Assembly: GCA_035309005.1 (NCBI GenBank)
Contig: DATGFP010000117.1
Span: 5,721-69,720, forward strand
Length of the DNA stretch: 64,000 nt
Source of the DNA: Stellaceae bacterium
Lineage (GTDB): Bacteria > Pseudomonadota > Alphaproteobacteria > ATCC43930 > CGMCC-115725
Reading direction: 5' to 3'
Shown here: piece by piece, positions 56,507 to 64,000 of the stretch
Layout of the letters: the number at the start of each line of letters is the position of its first letter
Numbering within the stretch: the stretch's first letter is position 1
Translations under genes and position numbers: made by a program
The notes under the pieces: model-generated
Told to the model about the DNA's origin: nothing
The model's database searches: none
The model's input: only the letters and a program-made list of their open reading frames with translations

Positions 56507-58491
56507 CAGGGGCGCGGCCGCTCGCTCAGCCCGCGCGCCGGCGACGCGCCGACGATGGGGAGCACTGCGCGAACCTCGCTAAGCCGCCGCGCGATCATCC
56601 CCTGCAAGCGGCGGGCCAGCACCAGCGGTCCGGGCCGCCACAATCCCGGCTGGTCGAGACGCTCGATGATCAGCTCAGGCCCGCACGGCAGCCGGGTCAG
56701 CGGGTCGAGATAGCGCGGATAAAGAATGAGGGCGCCGGCGACCAATTCGTCGAGCGTCAAGCGGCGGCCGCGGTCGATCGGCAGCTGGTCTACGGTCAAC
56801 CCCCACCCGGCATAGAACGGCCGGCCGTAGACGACGACGCGCCGCCCGCGCAGCAGCGCCTCGAAGCCGGCGAGCGAGGTCATCGTGTGCACTTCGTCGA
56901 CCACGGCGAGGAGCGCGGCCGTCGCGGCGCTGCCGACGAACAGATCAGCGAAGCGCCGCGCCGTGGTGTCGGGTACGGCGCCCTGGCGGTGCCCGGCAGC
57001 GACGTCGGGATGCGGCTTATAGAGGATGCACGCGTCGGGGTTCGCCGCCCGAACGGCGGCGAGGAGGTCGCGGTTGGTGCGGACCGCGCCGCCGCCGCAA
57101 GTGATCGAAAGGTCGTCTTCGACTTGGCCCGGCACCAGGATGCAGCGTCGCCCGGCCGGCAGGTCCAGCTCGGCGGCGCCGGCGGCGAGGTTGTATTTGG
57201 TGACGCCGCGGCTGACGAGCTGGCCCGCCAGACGCTGCGCCCGCGCCAGCAGCGCCGGCGCGAACTCGGTCTCAGCGAGCAGGGTTTCGAGGTCGCTCGG
57301 CTGGCGCGGATCGAAATACATGCCGCGGGCATCGCAGACGAGCGAGGCCGGCGGCAGGAAGTCGGAGCCGAGGCCGACCGAGCGGATGAACCCGTCCTCG
57401 ACGCGGATCAGCCTCACCCCATGCCGCGCCGCCGCCGCAGCGAGGCCGTCCGGCAGCCGCGATGCCCAGCCGGCGATGGCACCGGGCGGCCCGGGTCCGC
57501 GCCGCGTCGCGGCAAGCGCGTCCGCGGCGGTGCGGCGGAACACTGGGCCGCCGGCCGACGAGCGCAGGAAATCCGCGATGCGTCGGCGCTTCCAGAACGA
57601 CATCCCGACGCACACCGCGACGCCGCGGTTGGCATCGTCGAGCCGGCGCCAGTCGGCGAGGATCGCTAGCGCTTCCTCGAAGCTCGTGGCGGTGTTGCGA
57701 AACGGGTCGCGGTAGCGCGTCGCGAGCAGGCAGGCGGCGGCGAAGAGCTCGTCGACCGTTCGCCGAAACCCGTGCTGCGGCAGGCCGGGCGCGTCGTCCG
57801 TGACGCTCCAGCCGGCGTAGAACGCCTCGCCAAACGCGGTGACCGGGACTCCCGCAATGAGGGCGAGAAAGCCGAACTCGCCGCCGGCGCTGTAGACCCG
57901 CTTCGCCCGAGGAAGCATCAGCCAGGGGTCGATCGCCGCGCCGAGCACGGTAGCGCCTCGCGCCGCGTTGGAGGCTAGGCCGGCGCTCAGTCGACCGCCG
58001 GCAAGACCGGCGGCGAGAACGATGAGTCGCTGGGCAGGGTGTTCGGCCGTGGCGCGGTCGAGCATCGCCGCCGCGACCGCCGCATCCGGCGCCGCGCCGC
58101 GCTCGGCGGCCACGAGATCGACCACCGCAAGGCCGTCACCCGGCGGCAGCCGGGTCCCGTCGCCGCCGTGCCACCATGCGCCGCCGATTCGCGCCGCCGC
58201 GAGCGCCCGGCGCGCCGCCGCCGCCCGCGCCAAGAGCGTGCGATCCTCCCAGCCGCGCTCGGCGAGGATGCCACCGGGCGTCGCGATGCCGGCCGATGCG
58301 CCGCCCGCCGGGCCTTCTGCCACCAGCGCGCTGAGCAGCGGCGGCGGCGTCCGCCCGCGCGGCGGGGCGCGCAATAGTCCTTCCTCCAGCCGCACTCCCG
58401 GAACCGCGGCGAGCTCCGGGAAGAGCATAGCCATCGCCGCGCCCGAGGCATCTCGCCGCGGCCGGGGTATCCTGTCGCCGAAATTGCGCAT
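56506..58491 (-). CDS. kpsC: capsule polysaccharide biosynthesis protein KpsC-like (two Capsule_synth/GT99-like domains)
   Basis: The C-terminal half carries [50 protein letters not shown], and [14 protein letters not shown]...FYAGWGLT. The N-terminal half is a degenerate copy. Confidence 0.8.
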   Translation of the reverse strand: MRNFGDRIPRPRRDASGAAMAMLFPELAAVPGVRLEEGLLRAPPRGRTPPPLLSALVAEGPAGGASAGIATPGGILAERGWEDRTLLARAAAARRALAAARIGGAWWHGGDGTRLPPGDGLAVVDLVAAERGAAPDAAVAAAMLDRATAEHPAQRLIVLAAGLAGGRLSAGLASNAARGATVLGAAIDPWLMLPRAKRVYSAGGEFGFLALIAGVPVTAFGEAFYAGWSVTDDAPGLPQHGFRRTVDELFAAACLLATRYRDPFRNTATSFEEALAILADWRRLDDANRGVAVCVGMSFWKRRRIADFLRSSAGGPVFRRTAADALAATRRGPGPPGAIAGWASRLPDGLAAAAARHGVRLIRVEDGFIRSVGLGSDFLPPASLVCDARGMYFDPRQPSDLETLLAETEFAPALLARAQRLAGQLVSRGVTKYNLAAGAAELDLPAGRRCILVPGQVEDDLSITCGGGAVRTNRDLLAAVRAANPDACILYKPHPDVAAGHRQGAVPDTTARRFADLFVGSAATAALLAVVDEVHTMTSLAGFEALLRGRRVVVYGRPFYAGWGLTVDQLPIDRGRRLTLDELVAGALILYPRYLDPLTRLPCGPELIIERLDQPGLWRPGPLVLARRLQGMIARRLSEVRAVLPIVGASPARGLSERPRP

Positions 58492-58578
58492 GCGCGGAGC
58501 CTATCGCCGGCGCGCCGCCTGTCCATGAAAATCGCCGCGCGCTTGACAGGCGCCGGCGAACGCGACAAGTGGCTCGGC

Positions 58579-59835
58579 ATGATTGGGCAGGCCGTCATCC
58601 TTTGCGGCGGGCGCGGTACCCGGTTGGGCGCGCTGACCGCCGACCTGCCGAAACCGCTGATGCCGGTCGGGGACGCGCCCTTTCTCGACGTGCTGCTGTT
58701 CGAGCTCGGCCGCCACGGGGTCCGGCGCATCCTGCTGCTTGCCGGCTTTGGCGCGGCGCGGATCGAGGAATACGTCGCCGCCAGCCGGCTCGCGGCGCGC
58801 TTCGGCCTCGATATCGAGATCGCGGTCGAGCCGGCGCCCGCCGGCACCGGCGGCGCGCTGTGGCAGGCGCGTGACCGGCTCGACGAATCCTTCCTGATGC
58901 TCAATGGCGATTCGTGGTTCGACGTCAACCTGCTTGATTTGGCCTTCCGGCTGGCGGCCGATCCTGAGGCGCTCGGCGTCCTGGCGCTGCGCCGGCTCGC
59001 CGATGCCAGCCGCTATGGATCAGTGCGGCTGGCTGGGGATCGCATCGCGGCCTTCGCGGAGCGGCCCGCGGGCGGCGGAGCGGGGCTCGTCAGCGGTGGG
59101 GTCTACGCGCTGCGCCGCGCCGTCACCGACGCGCTGCAGCCGCAATCCTCGCTCGAGGCCGATCTCTTTCCCCGGCTGGCGGCGGCGGGACAGCTGCGCG
59201 GCTTTGCGTTCGACCGCTATTTCGTCGATATCGGCGTGCCGGCGGATTTGGCCCGCGCCCAGCGCGAGGTCCCGCTGCGCCGGCGCCGGCCGGCGGCGTT
59301 TCTCGACCGCGACGGTGTCCTCAACCACGATGACGGGTATGTCGGCTCGGTGGCGCGGTTCCGCTGGATCGAGGGCGCCAAACGGGCGGTCAAGCTGCTC
59401 AACGATGCCGGGCTGTTCGTCTTCCTGGTCACCAATCAGGCGGGCGTCGCGCGCGGGCTCTACCGCGAAGAAGAAGTCGGCTTGGTGCATGCCCACCTCG
59501 CCGGCGAACTGGCCGCGGCCGACGCTCACATTGACGACATCCGCTATTGTCCGTTTCACCCCGAGGGCGTCGTCCCGGAATATTCCCGGCCGAGCGACTG
59601 GCGCAAGCCGGCGCCGGGGATGATCCTCGACCTAGTGGATTGCTGGCCGGTCGACCCCGACGCGAGCTTTCTGGTCGGCGACAAGGAAGGCGATCTCGCC
59701 GCCGGCGCCGCCGCCGGTATCCCGGGGTATCTCTTTACCGGCGGCGATTTGGCCGCCTTCATCGCCGATCTCCTGTCGCGTAGGCTTGACGCTGCGGCGC
59801 TTTCCCGTTCCGCTTCGCCGGCGCCGCAGCTATAG
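58579..59835 (+). CDS. fusion protein: sugar-1-phosphate nucleotidyltransferase (HddC-like) + D,D-heptose 1,7-bisphosphate phosphatase (GmhB-like HAD-IIIA)
   Basis: The N-terminus is [13 protein letters not shown]...LPKPL. The C-terminus is [26 protein letters not shown] and RKPAPGM. ATG at 58579. Confidence 0.8.
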   Translation: MIGQAVILCGGRGTRLGALTADLPKPLMPVGDAPFLDVLLFELGRHGVRRILLLAGFGAARIEEYVAASRLAARFGLDIEIAVEPAPAGTGGALWQARDRLDESFLMLNGDSWFDVNLLDLAFRLAADPEALGVLALRRLADASRYGSVRLAGDRIAAFAERPAGGGAGLVSGGVYALRRAVTDALQPQSSLEADLFPRLAAAGQLRGFAFDRYFVDIGVPADLARAQREVPLRRRRPAAFLDRDGVLNHDDGYVGSVARFRWIEGAKRAVKLLNDAGLFVFLVTNQAGVARGLYREEEVGLVHAHLAGELAAADAHIDDIRYCPFHPEGVVPEYSRPSDWRKPAPGMILDLVDCWPVDPDASFLVGDKEGDLAAGAAAGIPGYLFTGGDLAAFIADLLSRRLDAAALSRSASPAPQL

Positions 59836-59843
59836 TTGGGCAC

Positions 59844-59893
59844 GGCGCCGCGGGGGGAAAGCGGCGTCCTCGGCCGGAGTTTTCGCTTTTTTT
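59844..59893 (+). terminator. possible intrinsic terminator after the HddC-GmhB gene
   Basis: The hairpin GGCGCCGC-GGGGGGAAA-GCGGCGTC (59844-59868) is followed about 12 nt later by TTTTCGCTTTTTTT. The spacing is non-canonical. Confidence 0.3.
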
Positions 59894-59918
59894 CCCGCCA
59901 GCTGAGCCGGATTTCGCA

Positions 59919-61103
59919 ATGGTCGATTTCGTCCGCCGCGTCCAAGCCGTGCGCGATGCCGCCGTTATCGGCGGGCTGCCGCCGCGCTATGTCGCTAAGC
60001 TGCTGGCGTTCTTTGGGTCGCTCAACGTCTGGTTCTGGGCGATCGTCGGGCTGCCGACGCTGATTGCCGGCGTCTATTTTTTCGCGATCGCCTCCGACCT
60101 TTATGTGTCCGAGGTTAAGTTCGTCGTCCGCGGCCCGAGCAAGACCCCGGTCAGCGCGCTCAGTGCGATGCTGAGCAGCGCGGCCGGTTCGTCTGTGTCG
60201 GAAGACACCTTCGCGGTGCACGACTACCTGATGTCGCGCGACGCGGTGCGCCGGCTCGAACGCGAGGACGAATTGCGCACGCTGCTCGGCCGGCCGGAAG
60301 GCGACCTGCTGACCCGGTTCCCCGGGGTATGGTATTGGCGCAAGGATTTCGAGGCGCTCTACCAGGCTTATGCGCGCTTCGTCTCGGTCGAAGTCGACAG
60401 CACCAGCGGGGTCAGCACGCTTGAGGTCAAGGCCTACCGGCCGGAAGACGCGCAGCGCATGGCCCGCGCCCTGATGAATTTCAGCGAACAGCTGGTCAAC
60501 GCGCTGAACGAGCGCTCGCGGCACGACGCACTCGCGGTGTTTCAACACGAAGTCGAAACCACCGAAGCGCGCATCGCCGAGATCCAGACCGAGCTGACCG
60601 CCTACCGCGTCAAGGAGAAGATGCTCGATCCGAAAAGCGCCTCGGTCGGACCGCTCGAGCTGTTGGCGCAGATGAATACGCAATTGGCCGCCGCCAAAGG
60701 GCGGCTCGCCGAAATCATCAAGGATTCGCCGAGCAGCCCGCAAATCAGGCTGTACCGCACCCGCATCGCCTCGCTCGAACGGCTAATCGGCGAGGAAGGC
60801 TCGAAAATCGCCGGCAACGGCAACTCGGTCGCGACCGCGGTGGGAGAATACGAGCGCCTCGACGTGCAGCGCCTGCTGGCGCAAAAGCAATTGGCCTCCG
60901 CCTTCACCTCGCTCGAAGCCGCCCGCCTCGAAGCACAGCGCCAGCAGCTTTACCTCGAGACGATCGCCCAGCCCAACCTTGCGGACTACCCGCTTTATCC
61001 GAAGCGGTTCCTGTCGTTCGCGACGGTCGTGGTCAGCTGCCTGCTGGCCTACGGCATCGCCTGGCTCCTGGTCGCCAGCGTGCGCGAGCACGCCTCGGCC
61101 TAG
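59919..61103 (+). CDS. kpsE: capsule polysaccharide export inner-membrane protein KpsE-like (PCP-3)
   Basis: N-terminal TM followed by ASDLYVSEVKFVVRGP, a long coiled-coil region, and a C-terminal TM. Confidence 0.75.
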   Translation: MVDFVRRVQAVRDAAVIGGLPPRYVAKLLAFFGSLNVWFWAIVGLPTLIAGVYFFAIASDLYVSEVKFVVRGPSKTPVSALSAMLSSAAGSSVSEDTFAVHDYLMSRDAVRRLEREDELRTLLGRPEGDLLTRFPGVWYWRKDFEALYQAYARFVSVEVDSTSGVSTLEVKAYRPEDAQRMARALMNFSEQLVNALNERSRHDALAVFQHEVETTEARIAEIQTELTAYRVKEKMLDPKSASVGPLELLAQMNTQLAAAKGRLAEIIKDSPSSPQIRLYRTRIASLERLIGEEGSKIAGNGNSVATAVGEYERLDVQRLLAQKQLASAFTSLEAARLEAQRQQLYLETIAQPNLADYPLYPKRFLSFATVVVSCLLAYGIAWLLVASVREHASA

Positions 61104-61132
61104 CCGGCCGCAGAACCAGCCGAGCCGCGCCG

Positions 61133-61786
61133 ATGATTGCTGCGACCGGGATCAGCAAGGACTACCACTCGGAAACCGGCCACGGTTACCACCGAGTGCT
61201 GAACGATGTCTCGTTCATGGTCGAGCGCGGCGAGAAGGTGGCGGTGCTGGGGCGCAACGGCGCCGGCAAGTCGACGCTGATCCGCCTGCTCGCCGGGATC
61301 GAAGTGCCGACCAGCGGCACCATCGAGCGAACGATGTCGGTCTCCTGGCCGGTCGGCCTCAACGGCGGCGTCGGCGGCAGCATGACCGGCAACGACAATA
61401 TCCGCTTCATCTCGCGGCTCTATAACCGGCCATTCCCGCTGATGCGCGAGTACGTCGACGATTTCGCCGAATTGGGCAAGTTTCTCGCCGAGCCGGTGCG
61501 CACCTATTCGGCCGGGATGCGGGCGCGGCTCAATTTCGCGCTGTCGATCGCGATCGATTTCGACTGCTACCTGATCGACGAGATCATCTCGGTCGGCGAC
61601 CAGCGCTTTCAGCGACGCTCGCAGGAGGAGCTTTTCGAGAAGCGCTCCGACCGCTGCCTTATCCTTGCCTCGCACGTGCCGAACGTGGTCAGGGACTACT
61701 GTTCGCGCGCGCTCGTGCTGCATCGCGGCCGCGGCAAGGTATTCGACGACCTCGATCTGGCGCTCGACATCTACCAGGATCTGTAG
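61133..61786 (+). CDS. kpsT: capsule polysaccharide ABC transporter ATP-binding protein KpsT-like
   Basis: Walker A GRNGAGKST, signature-like YSAGMRARL, Walker B YLIDE; 217 aa. Confidence 0.85.
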   Translation: MIAATGISKDYHSETGHGYHRVLNDVSFMVERGEKVAVLGRNGAGKSTLIRLLAGIEVPTSGTIERTMSVSWPVGLNGGVGGSMTGNDNIRFISRLYNRPFPLMREYVDDFAELGKFLAEPVRTYSAGMRARLNFALSIAIDFDCYLIDEIISVGDQRFQRRSQEELFEKRSDRCLILASHVPNVVRDYCSRALVLHRGRGKVFDDLDLALDIYQDL

Positions 61787-61796
61787 GAATTGCCGG

Positions 61797-63035
61797 TCAG
61801 GCGCTGCGTGCACTCGCTGCGGCGCGCAGGTCGAAGCTGGCGTCGGCGGCCTCGTCCGGCCTTACCTGGCGCCCAGCAGCGAGCAGCCGCCGGGCATGCG
61901 CATGATCGGCGGGGCGGTTGACCGATTCGATGCCGAGCAGCTGCCCGTCCCGGTAGCAGAACACCGAAAACTCACCGCTCTCCGCGTCGCCTCGCAGCAC
62001 CGTCTGATCGTGCCCGGTGGTGAGCCCGGCGATCTGCAGCCGCAGCTTGCCCTGCTCGCTCCAGAACCATGGCAGCGCCGTATACGGACGCGGCGTGCCA
62101 AGGATGCGCTCGGCGACGCAGCGCGCATGGTCGGCGGCGTTCTGCACCGCTTCGAGGCGGGTCTGCTGGCCCTCGGCGTGAACACAGGGAAAAGTGGCGC
62201 AATCGCCGATCGCCGAAATTGCCGGGTCGGCGGTCAACAGCGTCGCGTCGACCACGATGCCGTTCGCCACCGCGAGGCCGGAGGCGGCGGCCAATTCGGT
62301 GTTCGGCACGACGCCGACGCTGACCAGCACGAGGTCGGCGGCGAGCCGCTCGCCGCCGGCCAGATCGACGTGGTCGACCTTGCCGCCGTGGCCGGCGATC
62401 CGCACCGCCTGCGCGCCAAAGCCGAACTCGACGCCGGCGCCTCGGTGCGCCTCGGCAAAGAATAGCGAGGTCGGCACCGAGACGACCCGCGCCATGACGC
62501 GGTCGACCAGCTCGACGATGTGGACGTGCTTGCCCTTGGCGCGCGCCACCGCGGCGAATTCGAGGCCGATGAAGCCGGCGCCGATCACCACCACCCGGCC
62601 GGCAGCCGCCAAGCGCTCGCGCAGCTCCTCGGTTTCGGCCAGGGTACGCAGATAGCACACGCCGTCTAGCTCGATCCCGGGCAACGGCGGCACCCGGTTG
62701 CGCGCACCGGTGGCCAATACGAGATGGCTATACGACAGGCGCTCGCCGGTGGCGAGCCGCACCGCCCGAGCGGCGCGGTCGATCTCCATCACCCTGGCGC
62801 CGGGGAGATAGCCGATGCGGTGATCGCGGTAGAACGCCTCCGGCCGCATCAAGAGGAGTTCAAGGCCGATCTTGCCGTCGAGGTAATCTTTCGACAGCGG
62901 CGGCCGCTGATAGGGCAATACCGGCTCGTCGCCGATCAGCGTGATCGCGCCGCCGTAGCCATGTTGGCGCAGCGACGCGGCCAACTGGAAGCCGGCGTGG
63001 CCCGCCCCGACGATGACGATCCCGTCATCGGGCAT
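61797..63035 (-). CDS. FAD-dependent ferredoxin-NAD(P)+ reductase (putidaredoxin-reductase type)
   Basis: IVIVGAGHAG and VVVIGAGFIGLE dinucleotide folds. ATG at 63035 overlaps the ferredoxin stop (ATGA). Confidence 0.85.
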   Translation of the reverse strand: MPDDGIVIVGAGHAGFQLAASLRQHGYGGAITLIGDEPVLPYQRPPLSKDYLDGKIGLELLLMRPEAFYRDHRIGYLPGARVMEIDRAARAVRLATGERLSYSHLVLATGARNRVPPLPGIELDGVCYLRTLAETEELRERLAAAGRVVVIGAGFIGLEFAAVARAKGKHVHIVELVDRVMARVVSVPTSLFFAEAHRGAGVEFGFGAQAVRIAGHGGKVDHVDLAGGERLAADLVLVSVGVVPNTELAAASGLAVANGIVVDATLLTADPAISAIGDCATFPCVHAEGQQTRLEAVQNAADHARCVAERILGTPRPYTALPWFWSEQGKLRLQIAGLTTGHDQTVLRGDAESGEFSVFCYRDGQLLGIESVNRPADHAHARRLLAAGRQVRPDEAADASFDLRAAASARSA

Positions 63036-63358
63036 CAGGTTTGGGTTTCCGGCAGGTAGACGACGAGCCCGTCCATTGCCGGCGATACGATGAGCTGGCA
63101 GGAGAGGCGGCTGTTGGTGCGGCGCGGGCTGGCGGTGCCTTCGAGCATCGCATCCTCGTCGGCCGACACCGGCGACACCATCGCCAGCTGGTCGTCGCGC
63201 ACATAGACGTGGCAGGTCGCGCACATGCACGAGCCGCCGCATTCGGCGACGATGCCGTCGATCCCGTGGAGGATTGCGGCCTGCATGATTGTGGTGTCGA
63301 CCGGGATGTCGAGCGTCGTCTCCTTACCGTCCTGGGCAACGTAAGTCACACGCGGCAT
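63035..63358 (-). CDS. [2Fe-2S] ferredoxin, adrenodoxin/putidaredoxin type
   Basis: CGGSCMCATCHVYV (C-x5-C-x2-C) plus a distal LSCQ; 107 aa. Confidence 0.9.
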   Translation of the reverse strand: MPRVTYVAQDGKETTLDIPVDTTIMQAAILHGIDGIVAECGGSCMCATCHVYVRDDQLAMVSPVSADEDAMLEGTASPRRTNSRLSCQLIVSPAMDGLVVYLPETQT

Positions 63359-63524
63359 GGTTCTTGTGGTCCTCGCTTAGCCTGTCGGCGGGGCAGCCTT
63401 GCGCAATCTCGAACCGCGGTCGAGCATTTTTCGGCCGGGTCCGGCGGCCGCGAGCGGGCAGGCGTTCCCGCGCGGCGGAAGCGGGTGTATAGAGATCGCA
63501 ACAGTCCAGCAAGGGAGGACCGAG

Positions 63525-64000
63525 ATGAAAGACGGGTTGCGCGTGTTCGATGCCGACACCCACGTCGAGCCGACGGCCGAAGTGCTCGACAAATATGTCG
63601 ACCCCGGGTTTCGCCCGCGCCTCGCCGATCTGGCGCAATACCGCCAGCCGGTGCGGCCCAACAATCCCGGCGGCGCGCCCGGCCGCCACGTCTACCGCTA
63701 CGGTCAGATCGCCTATAAGCGCATCCTCGGCGAGGCGGCGCCGCGCGACGCCCATAGCGGCCGCGACACCCACTGGATGGGTTCGAAACAGCCGCGCGCC
63801 GGAACCCAGGACGACCAGGCCGAAAGCCGCCTCCAAGACATGGATGACGAGGGGACCGACACGCATTTCCTCATTCCCACCTCGTGGACCAGCTTTGTCG
63901 GCCACGAGGACCCGGCGATTGAAACCAACATCATCCGTGCCTTCCACCGCCACATGGCGGATTTCAGCGGCAATCACCCGGACCGGCTGCAGGGCATGAT
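63525..64000 (+). CDS. amidohydrolase-2 family protein, 3'-truncated by window edge
   Basis: Absent from the ORF track. AAGGGAGGA lies 5 nt before the ATG at 63525. Hand translation gives MKDGLRVFDADTHVEPTAEVLDKYVDPGF...DMDDEGTDTHFLIPTSW..., stop-free to the window end. Confidence 0.7.
   Translation, partial: MKDGLRVFDADTHVEPTAEVLDKYVDPGFRPRLADLAQYRQPVRPNNPGGAPGRHVYRYGQIAYKRILGEAAPRDAHSGRDTHWMGSKQPRAGTQDDQAESRLQDMDDEGTDTHFLIPTSWTSFVGHEDPAIETNIIRAFHRHMADFSGNHPDRLQGM

Noticed and set aside
59556-60743. 395-aa minus-strand ORF spanning the HddC-GmhB 3' end and kpsE
   Set aside because: It crosses an intergenic terminator-like region and is antisense to two recognisable genes. The composition is Arg/Ala-rich.

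Overview
This 64-kb segment is high in G+C, about two-thirds by hand counts of sample lines. It looks alphaproteobacterial, probably Hyphomicrobiales/Bradyrhizobiaceae-like, based on the ndk / ubiB-ubiE / mutM block and the CCCGGG...GATGACG palindromic intergenic repeats. I call about 63 protein genes. I found no rRNA, tRNA, CRISPR array, transposase or integrase by eye.

Most of the window is housekeeping or ordinary metabolism:
- luciferase-like (LLM) monooxygenases, alpha/beta hydrolases, SDRs and an acyl-CoA synthetase operon
- ribBA and a cysE-Rrf2-cysteine desulfurase-IscA block
- GGT, a NUDIX hydrolase and a universal stress protein

Three patches look accessory.
1. **nt 1-3520.** A CI/LexA-type S24 repressor sits divergent from a repeat-containing ORF that runs off the window edge. 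Nearby, a roughly 50% G+C single-gene island encodes a HEPN-like protein and abuts the remnant of a zinc-type alcohol dehydrogenase.
2. **nt 33.7-43.6 kb.** rfbA-rfbB is followed by a 654-aa unknown protein, two convergent FkbM methyltransferases and a tandem pair of unknown paralogs. No glycosyltransferase or exporter is present.
3. **nt 48.7-63.4 kb.** Two tandem P450 paralogs and a cobalamin-type radical SAM enzyme converge on a kpsC-SDR-LTA-synthase-like operon. An HddC-GmhB fusion, kpsE-kpsT and a ferredoxin/ferredoxin reductase pair follow.

Two CDSs that touch the window edges (1-839 minus, 63525-64000 plus) are missing from the supplied ORF track, so I translated them by hand. All family assignments come from motif and architecture recognition from memory, not from database searches. 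Many starts are uncertain because the ORF track also uses GTG/TTG starts.
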